64,000 nucleotides of DNA, from NCBI RefSeq assembly GCF_008831285.2, contig NC_045138.2, positions 25,916,001 to 25,980,000 of the forward strand, read 5' to 3'. This document shows positions 1 through 13,500 of this stretch, piece by piece. Position 1 is the stretch's first letter. Every line of letters starts with the position of its first letter. The notes under the pieces were generated by a model. The model saw only the letters and a program-made list of their open reading frames with translations, did not search any database and was not told the DNA's origin. Origin of the DNA: Nymphaea colorata (lineage: Eukaryota). The translations under genes were made by a program, and so were the position numbers.

Positions 1-384
1 CATGGCTACACATACGTCTAGCCTCACTCTCAATTCAGAATTTACAAGCCCACATGAGGCTCCGCTACTAAAGACATTGGTGCACCTCCCTCGTCATTTT
101 TCCATGAAACTTGTGATACAGATCAACTCACCTCATTGATCGGACTATGGAACGGATGGAACCGAGATGTGCCTAGCTGTGCGGGATGCCAGTTAGATGG
201 GTCTGTTCGTGGCAGGTATATTAAAAGGTCCTGGGCTCGAGAACTGGTAGAGTGCAACGTGGCAAGTATAATGAAAGGTCCAGGGTTTCTAGAACTGGTC
301 CATGGTTCGAGAACTGGTAGAGCGTGACAAAACAAAGGAGGTAGGTCAGCTCGAAGGGGCCCATGCCAGCGCAGCTAGATGCAT

Positions 385-580
385 GTGAAGAAGAGCCAGA
401 AATTTTTTATGAGGGAAACTGAATTAAAGTTTCTAAATTTTGACACGAGCAAAAATATCATTTTTCAAAATTTTTATATAAAATAAGAAAAATTTTATAA
501 AATTTACAAGTAATTTTTTTAAACAAAAAAGAAATTGAAGCAGGGCCCCATGGAAACCCCTTTCACTCTGCCCATACATG
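385..580. mobile_element. Degenerate MITE-like non-autonomous element
   Basis: Short element with an 'agagccagaaatttttt..gagg' end, an AT-rich core and a 'gggccccatggaaacccc' end. A related terminal motif ('gtggcggagccaaaaattt') recurs at ~38455. TIR/TSD not cleanly resolved. Confidence 0.3.
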
Positions 581-3500
581 TGCCTTCATTTAACCCATTT
601 TATAAGCTCACCTACTTTGTGGCTTCTGTGTAGGTAGGGAGTAGGGACACATTTTCCTATGTGTAAGTAAAGATTTATTAGGGAATGCACTATACAGTAT
701 TGTTGTACAATCGGATCTAAGCATTAAAAATAGTTCTGACATGAGGAATGGGTTTAGGTTATTGACCATGCCATTTTGTTGACTCACTTCAGCAAAGGCC
801 CAGTAACATGGATCATTCATTTCCCTTTTGGAACTCTTGGTGTCCAATGATAAAGGGTAGCCCGTGCATTGATCCTGTGAAGAACTCTCACTGATACATA
901 AAATTTCAAAGTACAAGTCATTAATATGAAGATGGTAAATCATGTTCTACGTTATAAGGAGATTGGTTTTTCTCCTTGACTATGAAATGAATATTCTATC
1001 AAAGTTTACCCAAAACAGATACCATTTTACTTGGTCAATTCTAGAGAGAGAATTGTCCTTTATTAAGGTTGCACTTAACATCCTTGCCATATGTGAATTC
1101 ACTTTTTTATATGCTAGGACAACTAAATCTTATCTTTACATTAAAGGGATATAAACAATAAACGATTAAAACAACTAAAATAATTTTTTTATCTCTTTCA
1201 TCATTAAATGTTCAATAGAACCTTTTCATAATTAAAGAAATGGAAACAATGACTTGAGACTAGAGTTATCATAGTCAAAATATAACATTTATATTTATTA
1301 TATGTGTACAACTGATTGATTGTGAAGCAGTTAAAATTCTGTTTGAGTGGAGTAAAAAAAAAATTGTTCTATATTGATAAGATTGAGACTAATATCAAAT
1401 GTAAGTTCAATGCTTGGACTTGGACCTGAGTCTCAGGAACGCGTGTCCCTTAAAGGGAAATTAATTATAATACTTTATATTGTTGAAATTGAGAACAGAT
1501 ATAATCATCATGGGCCATTCGTGAAGATAGGCACGAAACCAAATCTATATGACCTTTTGCAGCTAAACTATTGATTAAAATCCAAGGTTGCTGATTTTTT
1601 TTTTTCAAGTTCTTCTAGAAGTATACTTCAACAAACTAAGTCTTGCAATCATACTCGTCACATCACATACAGTTCACTTTTCATATAAAGATAGCCGAAC
1701 ATTTCATAAAAATAACGAGAAATATTTTACATCTTCACAGGTCATAATCAAATAAATGTGTCTATGTCTTATCTTTTATATGTATATACATGCACACACA
1801 CACACGCATGGGAGACACACACACACACGGGAGAAAGATAGGAAATGACCATAAATGTCGCTAAAACTATAATAAGCCGTCATCACACCATAAACAATCG
1901 TTAATATCAATGTACTAACTTTTTTTTAGCAACACACTTTTGATATATTAGCCATCGAGCAACATCATTTGGCTATATACATGGTCCATCTTTCAACTGT
2001 TATATATATATATATATTCGCCATGGCTCCATGTTGCAGCTGCTGAGCGACCAATTCATTATTGTTTTTTTTTTGGAGGACAGGAGGGGCAAGTTCTATC
2101 CATCGTGACCTGTACTGTTCGGTCCAACTAGCTGGCAGCAATTATTTCTCCAATCCCGGACTTATTATTGTTCATTGTAGCGTTCGTCCGGCCACTGGGT
2201 CATCCTGATCCTAATAATTTTAGATCCCCTTATTGTACTTAGATGTCCTGAATCCCTCTGATTTCTCTCATTTTCTTAAGGGGGAATGCATCTGAAACCT
2301 GTTAATCCGATCACATGGATCAGCCAGCCAATGTTTATTGATTTGTTCTGGTTGTTATTAATTAAATGGCAATCAAATCTGAGTTGGGTGTCATTCTTCA
2401 GTGGGCCGAGAGTCTTCCACCAATCCTAGAGGTCCGATAACAAGCGGACGGGGTTGGTTGGAGTTTTCCTTTGACTACTCATTTGTTTGGATGTTATTGA
2501 TGCTGGAGTTGGAGCATTTCAGATTCTCTTCCTCTTTTTTAATCTGCTTTAGAAGCAGAACCTGCAACTTTAATTGGAGTTTTTCTAATAAAAAAGTGCA
2601 CTTTATGCAAGAAAATGACCCTTTATCCTATCTAACTTACTACCGATATGATTCAGATTTAATGTACCGTTCGTTAAATCTAATTTATCAGATGTTAACA
2701 CATTCAAATCTAAACCAACTTTTAAATTCAAATCTGACGTTTAAGTTCCCAATCAAATCCAAGCGACAATGTCATTAACCATATTGTTTATTATCCAATC
2801 TGATATTTATTTAACACTGATGTTATCTCTTAAATCTGAATCCAATCTGATTTCTTAATTGAACGTTCAACCTTTTCCCCATATCCCACTTTTTTGAAAC
2901 AGTCTGGTCGAATATCCAACCTATTGACATCTCTACTGTTTTTGCAAGGACACAAGACTGGATTTGACCTTAAAAAGTTTCAGAAAGACGATATTATTTC
3001 CAAATGCAATTTTTAATATTAAATGTATCAGCATCCTCGTGCTTTGCATATTTGTACCTCTAGGTGTCCCAGTGGCTTCAATGTAGCCCCAGGGAGGCAC
3101 TTGTTATCTACCGCTAGTGTGATAGGTAATCCAAACAAGAGAAACACAAACAATCAATACCCATGTTCAGCATGTGCACTACCTGCTGGAGTTTGCAAAA
3201 GGTGTGATGAGGATCGGCTAAAACTTCGAGGGTGGGGTTCAACATGGCCCAACGCTGAAAAACGGCAGAAACCTTCATATTATGTCCAGCTCATTTACCA
3301 GCCACCCTGCCCCCCTTTCAGCCATACTAGCTTCTTTCTCTTCCTTCTTCTTGACAATCTCAAGAATCTTCGGGTTGGGCTTCTTTTCTTGAAGGCGTGC
3401 AAGTTGCTTCAGTCTGATATAGGCCTTCTTCTTGGCTTTCTTCTCAGCAAGGTATTCCATCTGTAGGCGAACATGAAAGCGACTGAGACTAACATGAAAG

Positions 3501-3989
3501 TAAAATCTATACTGTACAGAGTTGAAAGATAATGCAAATATCCATCAATCTCAAAAGGTATAGCTAGAGAGGTATCATGGTTCAGTGGTTAATGCATCTC
3601 CCTTACCTGATTGGATAGGCTTTACAAATTACAAGAATCCAAATGGGGTCCATAATTTGGTTTGACCTATAAGACGTGGAGAAAATCACGAATTACATGG
3701 TCCATCAAATGTGGGAGTTTTGATAGGAATAATGCAGGGTAGTCATGCAAAATTGCTTCTTTCAGTAGGAGATCACCACTACTAAGATTCAAAAGCCTAA
3801 CATCCACAGCATATCGACGCAATACCTTTAAAATTTCAATGGAGGATCACGACCGCTAAGATTCAAAACCCCTGACATGATACCAAGGTAGCAAAAGAAA
3901 GGCATAGAAGCAAAGCTACAAAAGATGGAGAGCTCCCGCTTGTGATGTTAAATTAAAAAGGTGTTTGAGCTTGTTTTTTTGTCAATCCC

Positions 3990-5037
3990 TGACATGTCAA
4001 AAGTGGCTAAAACAGATATAATAGACATAAATTGAGTATGGATTCATTGACTCAACAGTAGTCAAAGTCAGTTGAAAATGCAGCACGACAGACAACTAGA
4101 ATCCGAATCAGAAATCAAACCCAGTAAAGTTCTTACCAACACAAACTAGGATCACAGTGATGGTGGCTCATTTGTGTTCTTTCTTCCCAGACAAGCATGC
4201 CATGTGCTTTGGGAAGATTAAGGATTTTTTGTTGTAGGTTGATATGACAAAAACATGCTCAAAAAGCTTGCATGCTTGGAAAAGAGCCACATACATCAGC
4301 AACGGCCGTCGCTTCCGCTTCACTGACTCCCTGTTCTTTCAACTCAAGCACACGCCAGCCAAAAACACGTGCAGGTGGTGGATCAAAACCATTAAACCTG
4401 CACAGCTTTTAAGAGCTAAGGTAAAGAAGAAGCAAAGTGAATAAAAGAGGTTGATTTTAGATTAGAAAAACAGCAAGAAAATACTCAGAACTTGGTCAAG
4501 GAAAAACGAAAAATCCAATTTAAACGAGGGGATTTCTAGTGGAAGTAGAAACAAAAGTGAAACCCATATAGGATGGAGAAACCTGAATCATGAATGTTTT
4601 AACTAGTCACAAGAGGCATCAGTTTAGATAAGCAAACTTTCAAAACCTATAGCTTTTCATTCTAGGACAAGGAGTTCAATTTCAGAATTTTAATTTGATT
4701 AGGTTCATATCAGATCTTTGCAAAAAGTATTCTCACTGAGCAGCACATGTAAGTGGCAAATCAAGCTCATTGACATGTCAAAAGTGGCTAAAACAGAGAT
4801 AATAGACATAAATTCAGTATGGATTCATTGACTCAACAGTAGTCAAGATCAGTTGAAAATGCAGTACGATAGACGACTAGCATCCGAATCAGAAATCAAA
4901 CCCAATAAAATTCTTACCAACACAAACTAGGATCACAGTGATAATGGCTCATTTGTGTTCTTTCTTCCCGCACAAGCATGCCATGTGCTTTCGGAAGATT
5001 AAATATTTTTTGTTGTAGGTTGATATGACAAAAACAT
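3990..5037 (+). repeat. ~267-bp direct duplication (3990-4256 and 4771-5037) flanking mS23 exon 3
   Basis: Both copies run from tgacatgtcaaaagtggctaaaacaga to gttgtaggttgatatgacaaaaacat with scattered substitutions. Confidence 0.95.
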
Positions 5038-5071
5038 CAAAGCATTACACATGCTCAAAAGCTAGCACATG

Positions 5072-5074
<3 letters not shown>

Positions 5075-5112
<38 letters not shown>
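5075..5112. repeat. (TC)n microsatellite
   Basis: Direct reading. Confidence 0.95.
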
Positions 5113-5114
<2 letters not shown>

Positions 5115-7682
5115 GGGGGCAGAGAGAGAATCAACAAGCATTGCACAGGTGATCTGTCAAAATCAATAGCCGAAAATGCATGAAATTTTGTATGCACAAG
5201 AAAACATATTTGTGGTCAAAAATTACACCTAAGGAGTTGCAAGCTGACCATAACTATGCCATTAGAGATTTAGACTGGCAACTACAGTCTCAGTTCATGA
5301 GTGAGTGACAGAGACAGTATGTATCGTGCTCATGATTAGAATCACAATGCAAATGGAAAAAATTCTCATTGTGCTGCACCCAAGTTAGGAACCAAAATCC
5401 TTTTTGGATGTTGACGATTATTGAGAATATAAGATTAAAATGTTTAATTTGCTTGTGTAAGGCTTGTCTGATTGTTTATATTACTGCAGCGCGTATGTTA
5501 ACGTGTGATTCTTTTGATATTATTTCTGTACCACACCCACACGCTTTATTGCGTTAAAGCCCTCCAAGTGAAATATTCGTTCATGATAAGGTAAGTTCGG
5601 GAGATGCGGAGATCACCCTCATGTTTAATACGACAACTATTATCCAATTTTGGAAAAAAAATTGTATCATGTTGTTTGGGTATCACATTGGTTTTGGCTT
5701 TGCCCATGTTCCAAACCTCCCCACTTTCTCCCTCCAATCTCCAAAAAATATAGATGGACATAATATTCTAACTGGAAATGAAAAAGGAGAAAACCAACCT
5801 AATAGCATCCTCGTATTTGGAATCGGGATGCTTCTTGAAAAACTTCTTGACGTATGCATCCTACGGAAGCGTAATCTTCTCAACTTTTGCATCAGTTCTT
5901 GGAAACGTGACAGGTGGCGCCCAGTATAAATCAATTCCCAAGAAACAGAAACTGCAATCATGAATTCGGAATTGCAATACATCCAAATGTTTGATAGTGC
6001 AAGCAGGTCTCCTCTCATGAACGACATCTCGAATGAAGTCAAAAGTGAACAATCCAATACGTCTAGAATGATTTATACTGTTACATATAGGACATTAGGT
6101 GGGTGTAAAATAAGCAGGACAACCCCAGGCGCATCAATTGGTCTGTGATGAAAAAAAAAAAACAAACCATTAGGATTTTGGGGAAGCAGAGAGAAATTTA
6201 GATGCTTCTTCCATAAGAAACCCCAAAATTAGCCTAAGATCCTCTTCTCAATTTCACCTAAACATGCATACCTTCTCCCTTTTTTGGCAAAACTTACAGT
6301 TAAACAGATAAGATGCAAAGTGGGTGCAGTTGAGAGCATGAAGGCGGTGAATTAACCTTTAAAAATTATCACGCTGTGAAGGTGGTTCAATCGAATGACG
6401 ATATTGAGATTGACGATGGACGGAAGGTTTTGTTGAGAATCAAAAGCTGAGGCACAAGCTGAGAGAAAAGGATTCGGTGAGAGGGGGAAAAGAGTTTCGT
6501 TAAAAATAAAAACACACCGAGATTGCGCCCTAGGCAAGACAAAAAATAACAGCTTCACTTGGGGGCATTTGATACGTTGGAATTATGATTCTAAGATAAA
6601 ATTCCAGAATCTTATTCCAGTTGAAACTGAAATGGAATGAAAATTCCATGTTCCATTTTTCTGGTGTGTTTGATGGCCTGGAATTTGCATTCCATAATTT
6701 TGATGAAATAAGCATTAAAATCAAGAATCCTTTTTTGTTACCGCAAGATTTATGAGATATGGCATGAACATCTTACAAAAGTAGAAAAAATAACCTGATA
6801 TACAATTGCAGGCTGAAAATCAACGCCCAGCACCATCCCTCAACAAAAATTACGATGAAATTTTTTAAGAGGTGAAAGGAACATGCCCTTAGATAGGTAA
6901 ATGACAGCCCAGGTGTCCAGTGTTTTAAGTTTTTAACCGCTCATGATTCACTTATTCGTTGGTTCAGTCTCACGATCTAATAACAGAATCAAAACATAGG
7001 AATGTAACCCAGAAACTTCATTTTTTTTCTAAACAGATATTGCTTTAATTGAGCAAGTTTGTTGATTTCATCTTCAGCAACAGTGAGCTGTAAGCTTATG
7101 TACTTGCGTAGTTGTATTAGAAAATAACAAGGATCGTCTTCAAAAGGTAAGTCAAATATTATAGTTTGTTTCTGTGATAGATTGCCTCAAACACCTTTCC
7201 TGCAATAGCTTTTCTACACGAGTGTTCCTTGTAGACGCGCTTAGCAAGAAATCTTCTACACAAGAAATTTTCTCAAACACATTCCTACTGCCTACACAAG
7301 AATAGCACGCAACAACTCATGACTTACACAAACGATTTCACGTTTTCTTAAAATCCTAGAAAAAATCAAAGTAAAAGAAGTTCATAGAATCAAAGACCTT
7401 TCCAGACTTCCATCTGAAGAAATTTTTCTCCTATTCAGGACCCGCCCTGGCTCCGTGGAAAAAAACCGTCCTTCTTCAAATTAAGCACTGTAAATTTGTT
7501 GTACACCGCCTGATGCCAACTGCTATGTCTTGCGTCAACAAAATTTTGATTTATCCCAACACAAAATCCCTCCATGGCTTCTCATTCCGTTAAACCAAAA
7601 GTCCCAACATCTTAGCTCATGAAACAAGGATAATGAGGAACATTGGCATCGTTGGGCCAATGCAAGATGAATGCGCCCGCAC

Positions 7683-7716
<34 letters not shown>

Positions 7717-10534
7717 GGAAGGTCCAATCATCTTGCTGTAAGAGTGTCTTCCATGGTTCATGAGGGGGGAGAGAGAGAGAGAGAGTACCTGAGTAACATC
7801 ACGCAGCAGGCACACTTCACCTCACGCACACTGCAGAAGAGAGGAGGGGGAAGACAGCAGGCGTCTGGTTCTTCGTGCGAGAGGAGGAGGAGAAGAGGTG
7901 TTCGCGGGAGCGCCCCAAAACTGGAACCGCGATTCTGTGTTTGAAAACTGGTTCCGGCTGTTCAGAAATTTTGTAATTCTGATTCCAGAATTCCACCGAT
8001 TCCGCTTGAATCAAACGACCATGCTCTAACAAGATAAATAGATTCTACATGGTTTTTTTTTTTTTTTTGTCGCCTGTTCGTTCTTCCTGAAAACAAAACA
8101 ATCATTTCTTTGCCCACTTAATTTTTTATACATTGCAAGTCGTTTTCGTATCTTTTTATTTCATATTTGAATCAGGATCCTAAATGCTGTTATTTATTAA
8201 ATAAACAGCGCATTAATATCAAATCACCTTGTTTAAGAGGGCATCTGCTTCAGTTCAATCAAACAATCAAATTTTAGAATCACTATTCTCATTTTTAAAA
8301 GTGAGAATTACATTGCCAAATAAAGAATTTTGATTATAGAGTTATAATCTCGTTCCAAATTCAAAGTTGTAGAAATATGATCCCATTCTAGGATGTGGAA
8401 TTGTGACTCCCAACTTCCATAATTTTTTAATTTCTCTTTAGGACACAATGCATCAAGGGTAAAATTCATGAATTCTATTTTTTCATTAAGCAAGTCATTT
8501 TTAATTGTTCAATAAAAAAATCATACTATCAAATTCGAAGGAAAATTCATACCGAAATTTTCATTTCAATTATTAGTTAAAGTAGAAATTTGGCTAGTTT
8601 CCATAATCAACATTTTAAGACATCAAACGCCCCTAAAGGGAAAAAAAAAATCCCAAATAAACTTATGTTACAAGAATACCACGTTCTTTTTTTATGAAAC
8701 ATAATGAAAATATGGGTCGTTTTTAAACTTGACAACTAAATATCGGACGCAATCACATTGTGTTTCTGGAAACAATAATATGATATTCTTGAAATACATA
8801 TTAAGATATTACGTATTTTAAAAACATAACGCTTTTCTTACCGACCACCTTATGTGGACAAAATTTCGCATTTAGATACTCCGCCATAAAGTTTTTGTAG
8901 TCAAAATAAATTCATAAATGCAATCCTCCATATTTTTTGGGGAACGACTAGCTTTTATTTTATTTAAGAAAATCAAATGGCTTCGATGGGTCAGGAAGCC
9001 ATTATTTATTTTTTCCAACATGCTTCAACCATGTTTTGTAATAAAAAAATCAACGTGGAATCCACATTATATATTTCAACCACGTTTAGCAAATTTGAAG
9101 GTACAGTTGCCCTGGAATATTTAAAGCTTAACAAGAATATATATATGAATTAGCCATGCAGGTCATTTTAACGATGGTTTATAGTGCTTTTAGTGATGGT
9201 TTATGTTTTATTTAGTGACCGCTTTCGTCCATCATTCCCATTACGCTCCTCACTAGCATGTGCGCATCATTACAAGAAAGTAGACCTTTTTTTTTGTTCT
9301 TTGTAATTGTTAGAAAGAGTGGCTCATTTTACCATCCGGAAGAGATGGTAACTGCCTTCCTCCTGGGCGCCTTATTCTTAGGGTTTGTGACAAAGCTTGT
9401 GTTAGGACCTATTACGATCCAAAGGATGACCGTACTGTATCGTGACAACAACCACAAAATTTGAACCTTTAATCCACTTTGAAGTGGGCCACCTGCCATC
9501 CAGTGCCCTACAACTCCTCCAAGTATATGGGCGCTAGACCTTGCTACTGTACCACCAAAATATGAACTTTTAAAATCCTTGATTGATGCATCATTGGCCA
9601 AAAATTCCAGAAAATGCCACGAGTAGACTTCACTAAACATGGATAAGTCATTCATAACGGCATAAGCACTCAGAAATAGCTCCTCAGTGATATCAAACTT
9701 GTTATAAAAGCTCGAAAAAGTTTGTTGATCATGTGTACTTGAGTCTCATATTTCATTTCAGTAGACAAAAAAGTATACTCGTCCTATAACTGACGTGAAT
9801 GTTTCGATTACTTTTTAGGCTGGTTGATCATGATGATCATCTGTGGCGGCACGTAAAATATAAACATCAAAACTTCTTTTGCAATACGATGAACATTTTA
9901 AATGCTTAGTTTGATCTGGTAGCTGGTAACGATTTCATATCGATCTTTTGATAAATTTTAGTGCACGATGACACTCGAACCTTTACAAAGAACATAAAAA
10001 ACACTAAATTGAGCATTGGGAGAAGCCCAAAAGGCAAACAAGAATGCAGATAGAAATGCCCAATTAAGTTATATTTTTTAGCTACAATCTCAAAAAACGG
10101 ATTCACGATTTTCTTCGTTTGATGGTTGCCACCTAATTGCCCCATAATTCTACCAACCATGTTGCAGGAATTAACTCCGTTCCTTCAACAATGCACCTTA
10201 GTTTAGAAAGAATATGTTGGAAACAACGACTCTCTAATGTGTAAGAACACCACATGTTTTCACTTGAAGCCCCCTTTTGACAATTGCCTCAAAATTATGT
10301 CCGAAATACGAAAGTGAGAAGACGTGAATTCCGTTTTTGGAGCTACGGACAATAATCTTTTACGCTTATAAACTGGAAGCGAAGGTGACAACAAAATGGG
10401 AACGGCGCCAACACTGGCTGCGAGGGTTTGAGAGGAGGAGTGAGAGGAGGAGAAAGAAAGGAGACATTGCCGGCCGTCGGTCGATTTCTCGGTGGAAGAG
10501 CGTCACGAATCATTGCTGCCCATCTCAGGCGTCC

Positions 10535-13500
10535 ATGCAATCAGAGAAGAATATGCAAAAATGCGGCAAACCTCCTGAGAAGGGGCCCCAGGGATCCGGC
10601 GACCTCGATCCCGAGCCCCTTGAAGAATTCGGTAAGCTTTCCGTTATCTTCAAGCACGAAGATGGTACAGGATATTTCATATTTATCCTTCTTTCCTTTC
10701 GCCTTCTAATGGACGATTACATTTGTTCGTGTAGCTTTAGTCGTACGCCCGCCAACCCCAGGGCTCATGCATGTCCATAGTTGTTTTTTTCGATTGTTGT
10801 TGTAAACCTTTTTTTTCACAGCTTTGATCTGATTAAGAATGCCATTTCCGTGGGTCTTTTTTTTTTCTCTGTCGAATTGTAGTTCTTGAAAGGAAAAAAT
10901 TGGGGGCTGAGTTTCACTTGGAAACTATGCGCTTCAAAGAAAAAAAAAGATATAATTGTTCACTGTGATTCTTTATGATGTTTAGTTACGTTTGAGAGAC
11001 TGTTGATAATGCTACTGGTTCATTTCCTTTTCCATTATATACATTTGCTTTTTTTTTTTTTGGTTCTATGTTATTTTATTTTCTTATCTCTGTGGGTGAA
11101 TCGCCAAACCCACGTTTCACATTGTCCAAGGAACTTCCTATTCGGATTTTTACTGAAGGCGAGCTGTGGTTATGTCGTTAGGCTTTACCTATCACTTGTC
11201 TACTTTTAGCTTTTTCTTTAGGGATTTTGTAGGATGGCACCATTTTTCTTTACTGTCCTTTTTTTATGCGTTTCATTGAATGAAAATTTAGACACACAAA
11301 ACTACACCGTTGAGGTGTTTACTCCAATGGACTTTTGTTACTTATAAAAGATGAACAAGAAGCTAGTCTTTCTCTTGCCATGGTTGGTAAGATACACATA
11401 CACCTCACCACACCAGTTTGGTTCCTTTCTTGTTGGTTACATTAAAATAGGAAGGATGGAAAATAATGCATATACTTGGCAAATGCTGAACGATTGAATA
11501 TGATATAAGGCAGCTGTGTGGTCAATAGATATGCTAATTTAAGCAGAAGGGTATCATATAGCGATACCGGTATAACAAAATGCAAGAGTATGTTACTTTA
11601 CATAAATATGCAACAATTACACTGTTTTGAACATGAGCTGAGCTGACCTAATCTAGTATGCTTAAAACATGAAGCAAACTACTAAAGCACAGAAAAAGTA
11701 AAATAAGAAAAGAAATTGCAGCAAACAGATTTATAAGAAACAAGAAAATGGAAGGACAAATCAGCAGCTGATGAGAGGAGTCATTGCATTAGTAGTAGAG
11801 CACTGGAGCAGTAGTTCAGGATATTTAGAGCATTGCTATCAATGTAAGGTTGACACTTATCTTACAGTTATCTAGTATTACTTTATTTTGCTGCAAGTAT
11901 TTCCAAAAAAGGAATGTAAAATGTAAAGTTATAACTTATAAGTTACAACCATTAAAGTTATGTTCTTCTTAAAGGATCCATATTTGAAACGGTTGTGGGA
12001 GTCCAAGAAGTTATTATTACTCAAATGAGATGTGAAGATTCTGGTAGTAGCTATCAGATACTAATTTGATGACAGCTATGTGATACTGCCATCATAAACC
12101 AATACAATAATGTTTTTTTTTTAGCTGAATCATAGACCAAGTTGAATAAAATTGGAAGTGATGCACAGGTCGTTCAGGAATAGTGTGCCCAAGTTGATCG
12201 ACTATAGCTAAATAAGTACATATCTTTATATGGAAATAAATGTAGAAACATATATATCTACACATAGAATGCACATATATATTTGTAGGCCAGGGGTTAC
12301 TCGTTTAACAACAGCTTGGTTGACTGCTTGACTCTATCCAACTAGTCACTGGTTTGAAACATAGACTGATCGATGACTGATTCAGCTGACTAGTCAGACA
12401 AGTTGGCTGACTAGTCTAGATTTTGACAACTGAAATCATAATTCGGTAGTGACAAATGACAATGCAGGTACAACAAATGGATGTGGACCTATAACATCTG
12501 TTTGAATAAATAATATATGTCAATATTTGTTACAAAAGTTTGTTCAAGAACCAGTGGAAATGTTTGCTAATTATTGGAACATTGACATACTAATTTTAAT
12601 ATTTGCTCTCAATGCTGCTTATACTTATAGAAGGCTATCACTCATGTTGATAATAATGCAGGAAAACTAGGTGGTTCAAATAAAATATTAGCTTTAAAGT
12701 TTAAAAATTCTTAACAAATGGAAGGTGCATTGTTATATCGCAGAAGATAGGATGTACAAATTGGTGATACGGACATAAGGTGCATGCTTTTTTAAAGTTG
12801 AATTTGTTGTACACATTGATATGCTGAATTTTTTAAGTAACATGTAGCATGATGTTTTAAGGTTGAATTTGTTGCACACATTGATACTCTCTGAATTTTT
12901 TAAGCAACGTGGATTTGGTAACAAATGGCATAATAGGAGCATTAATAACATTGGTTCCAATTTGTCACTGCTTGTGATGATCACACAGTGTTTTTAAACT
13001 TGCTGATTCAGCTCGTTGACTCAGCTGACTTGACTCGGCTCGGTCCCCTAGCATGTCAACCCAGTAGGGTGACTTGTTTGTGCACAAAGCTTGGCGTGAC
13101 TTGGCAAGGACTCGTTTGACTCAGCTGAGTCACGATTTAAACAAGCATGTCCCACATTGATATTATGAGTTTGACAGGTTTATCTAATGATATGGTTGTA
13201 AAAATTAAGTAGCACAGTTGTAAAATTTAAAGAGCATTAAAAATCATTAAATTTCCAACAATTTGTCTTGTGGTGTCTAATGTTCTCTTCTCTCAGTCTC
13301 TCAGTTTCTCTCTCTCCTAAATGTTCCTCTTTCTCTCTTTTTTTGGCATCTCTCTCTCATAATTATGCCTCTATCTCTCTCTCATATTTCAATTTCAGCC
13401 GTTCCTCTCCCTTCCTCTCTCTCTCTCGCATTTTAATGCCCCTTTTTCTCTCTTTTTTGGGGCTTCTCTCTCTCATAACGACAACTTCTTTCTGTCATAT

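Larger units (their letters stand above)
3275..6027 (-). pseudogene. mS23: Pseudogene of plant mitochondrial small-subunit ribosomal protein mS23 (At1g26750-like)
   Basis: Spliced minus-strand segments: 6027-~5985 MSFMRGDLL; ~5921-5799 APPVTFPRTDAKVEKITLP*DAYVKKFFKKHPDSKYEDAI; 4397-4295 (AG/GT bounded) FNGFDPPPARVFGWRVLELKEQGVSEAEATAVAD; 3460-3275 MEYLAEKKAKKKAYIRLKQLARLQ. These match the recalled plant mS23 motifs. Lesions: in-frame TAG at 5861-5863, exon-2 acceptor reads GG rather than AG, and apparent deletions in exons 1 and 4. Confidence 0.85.
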
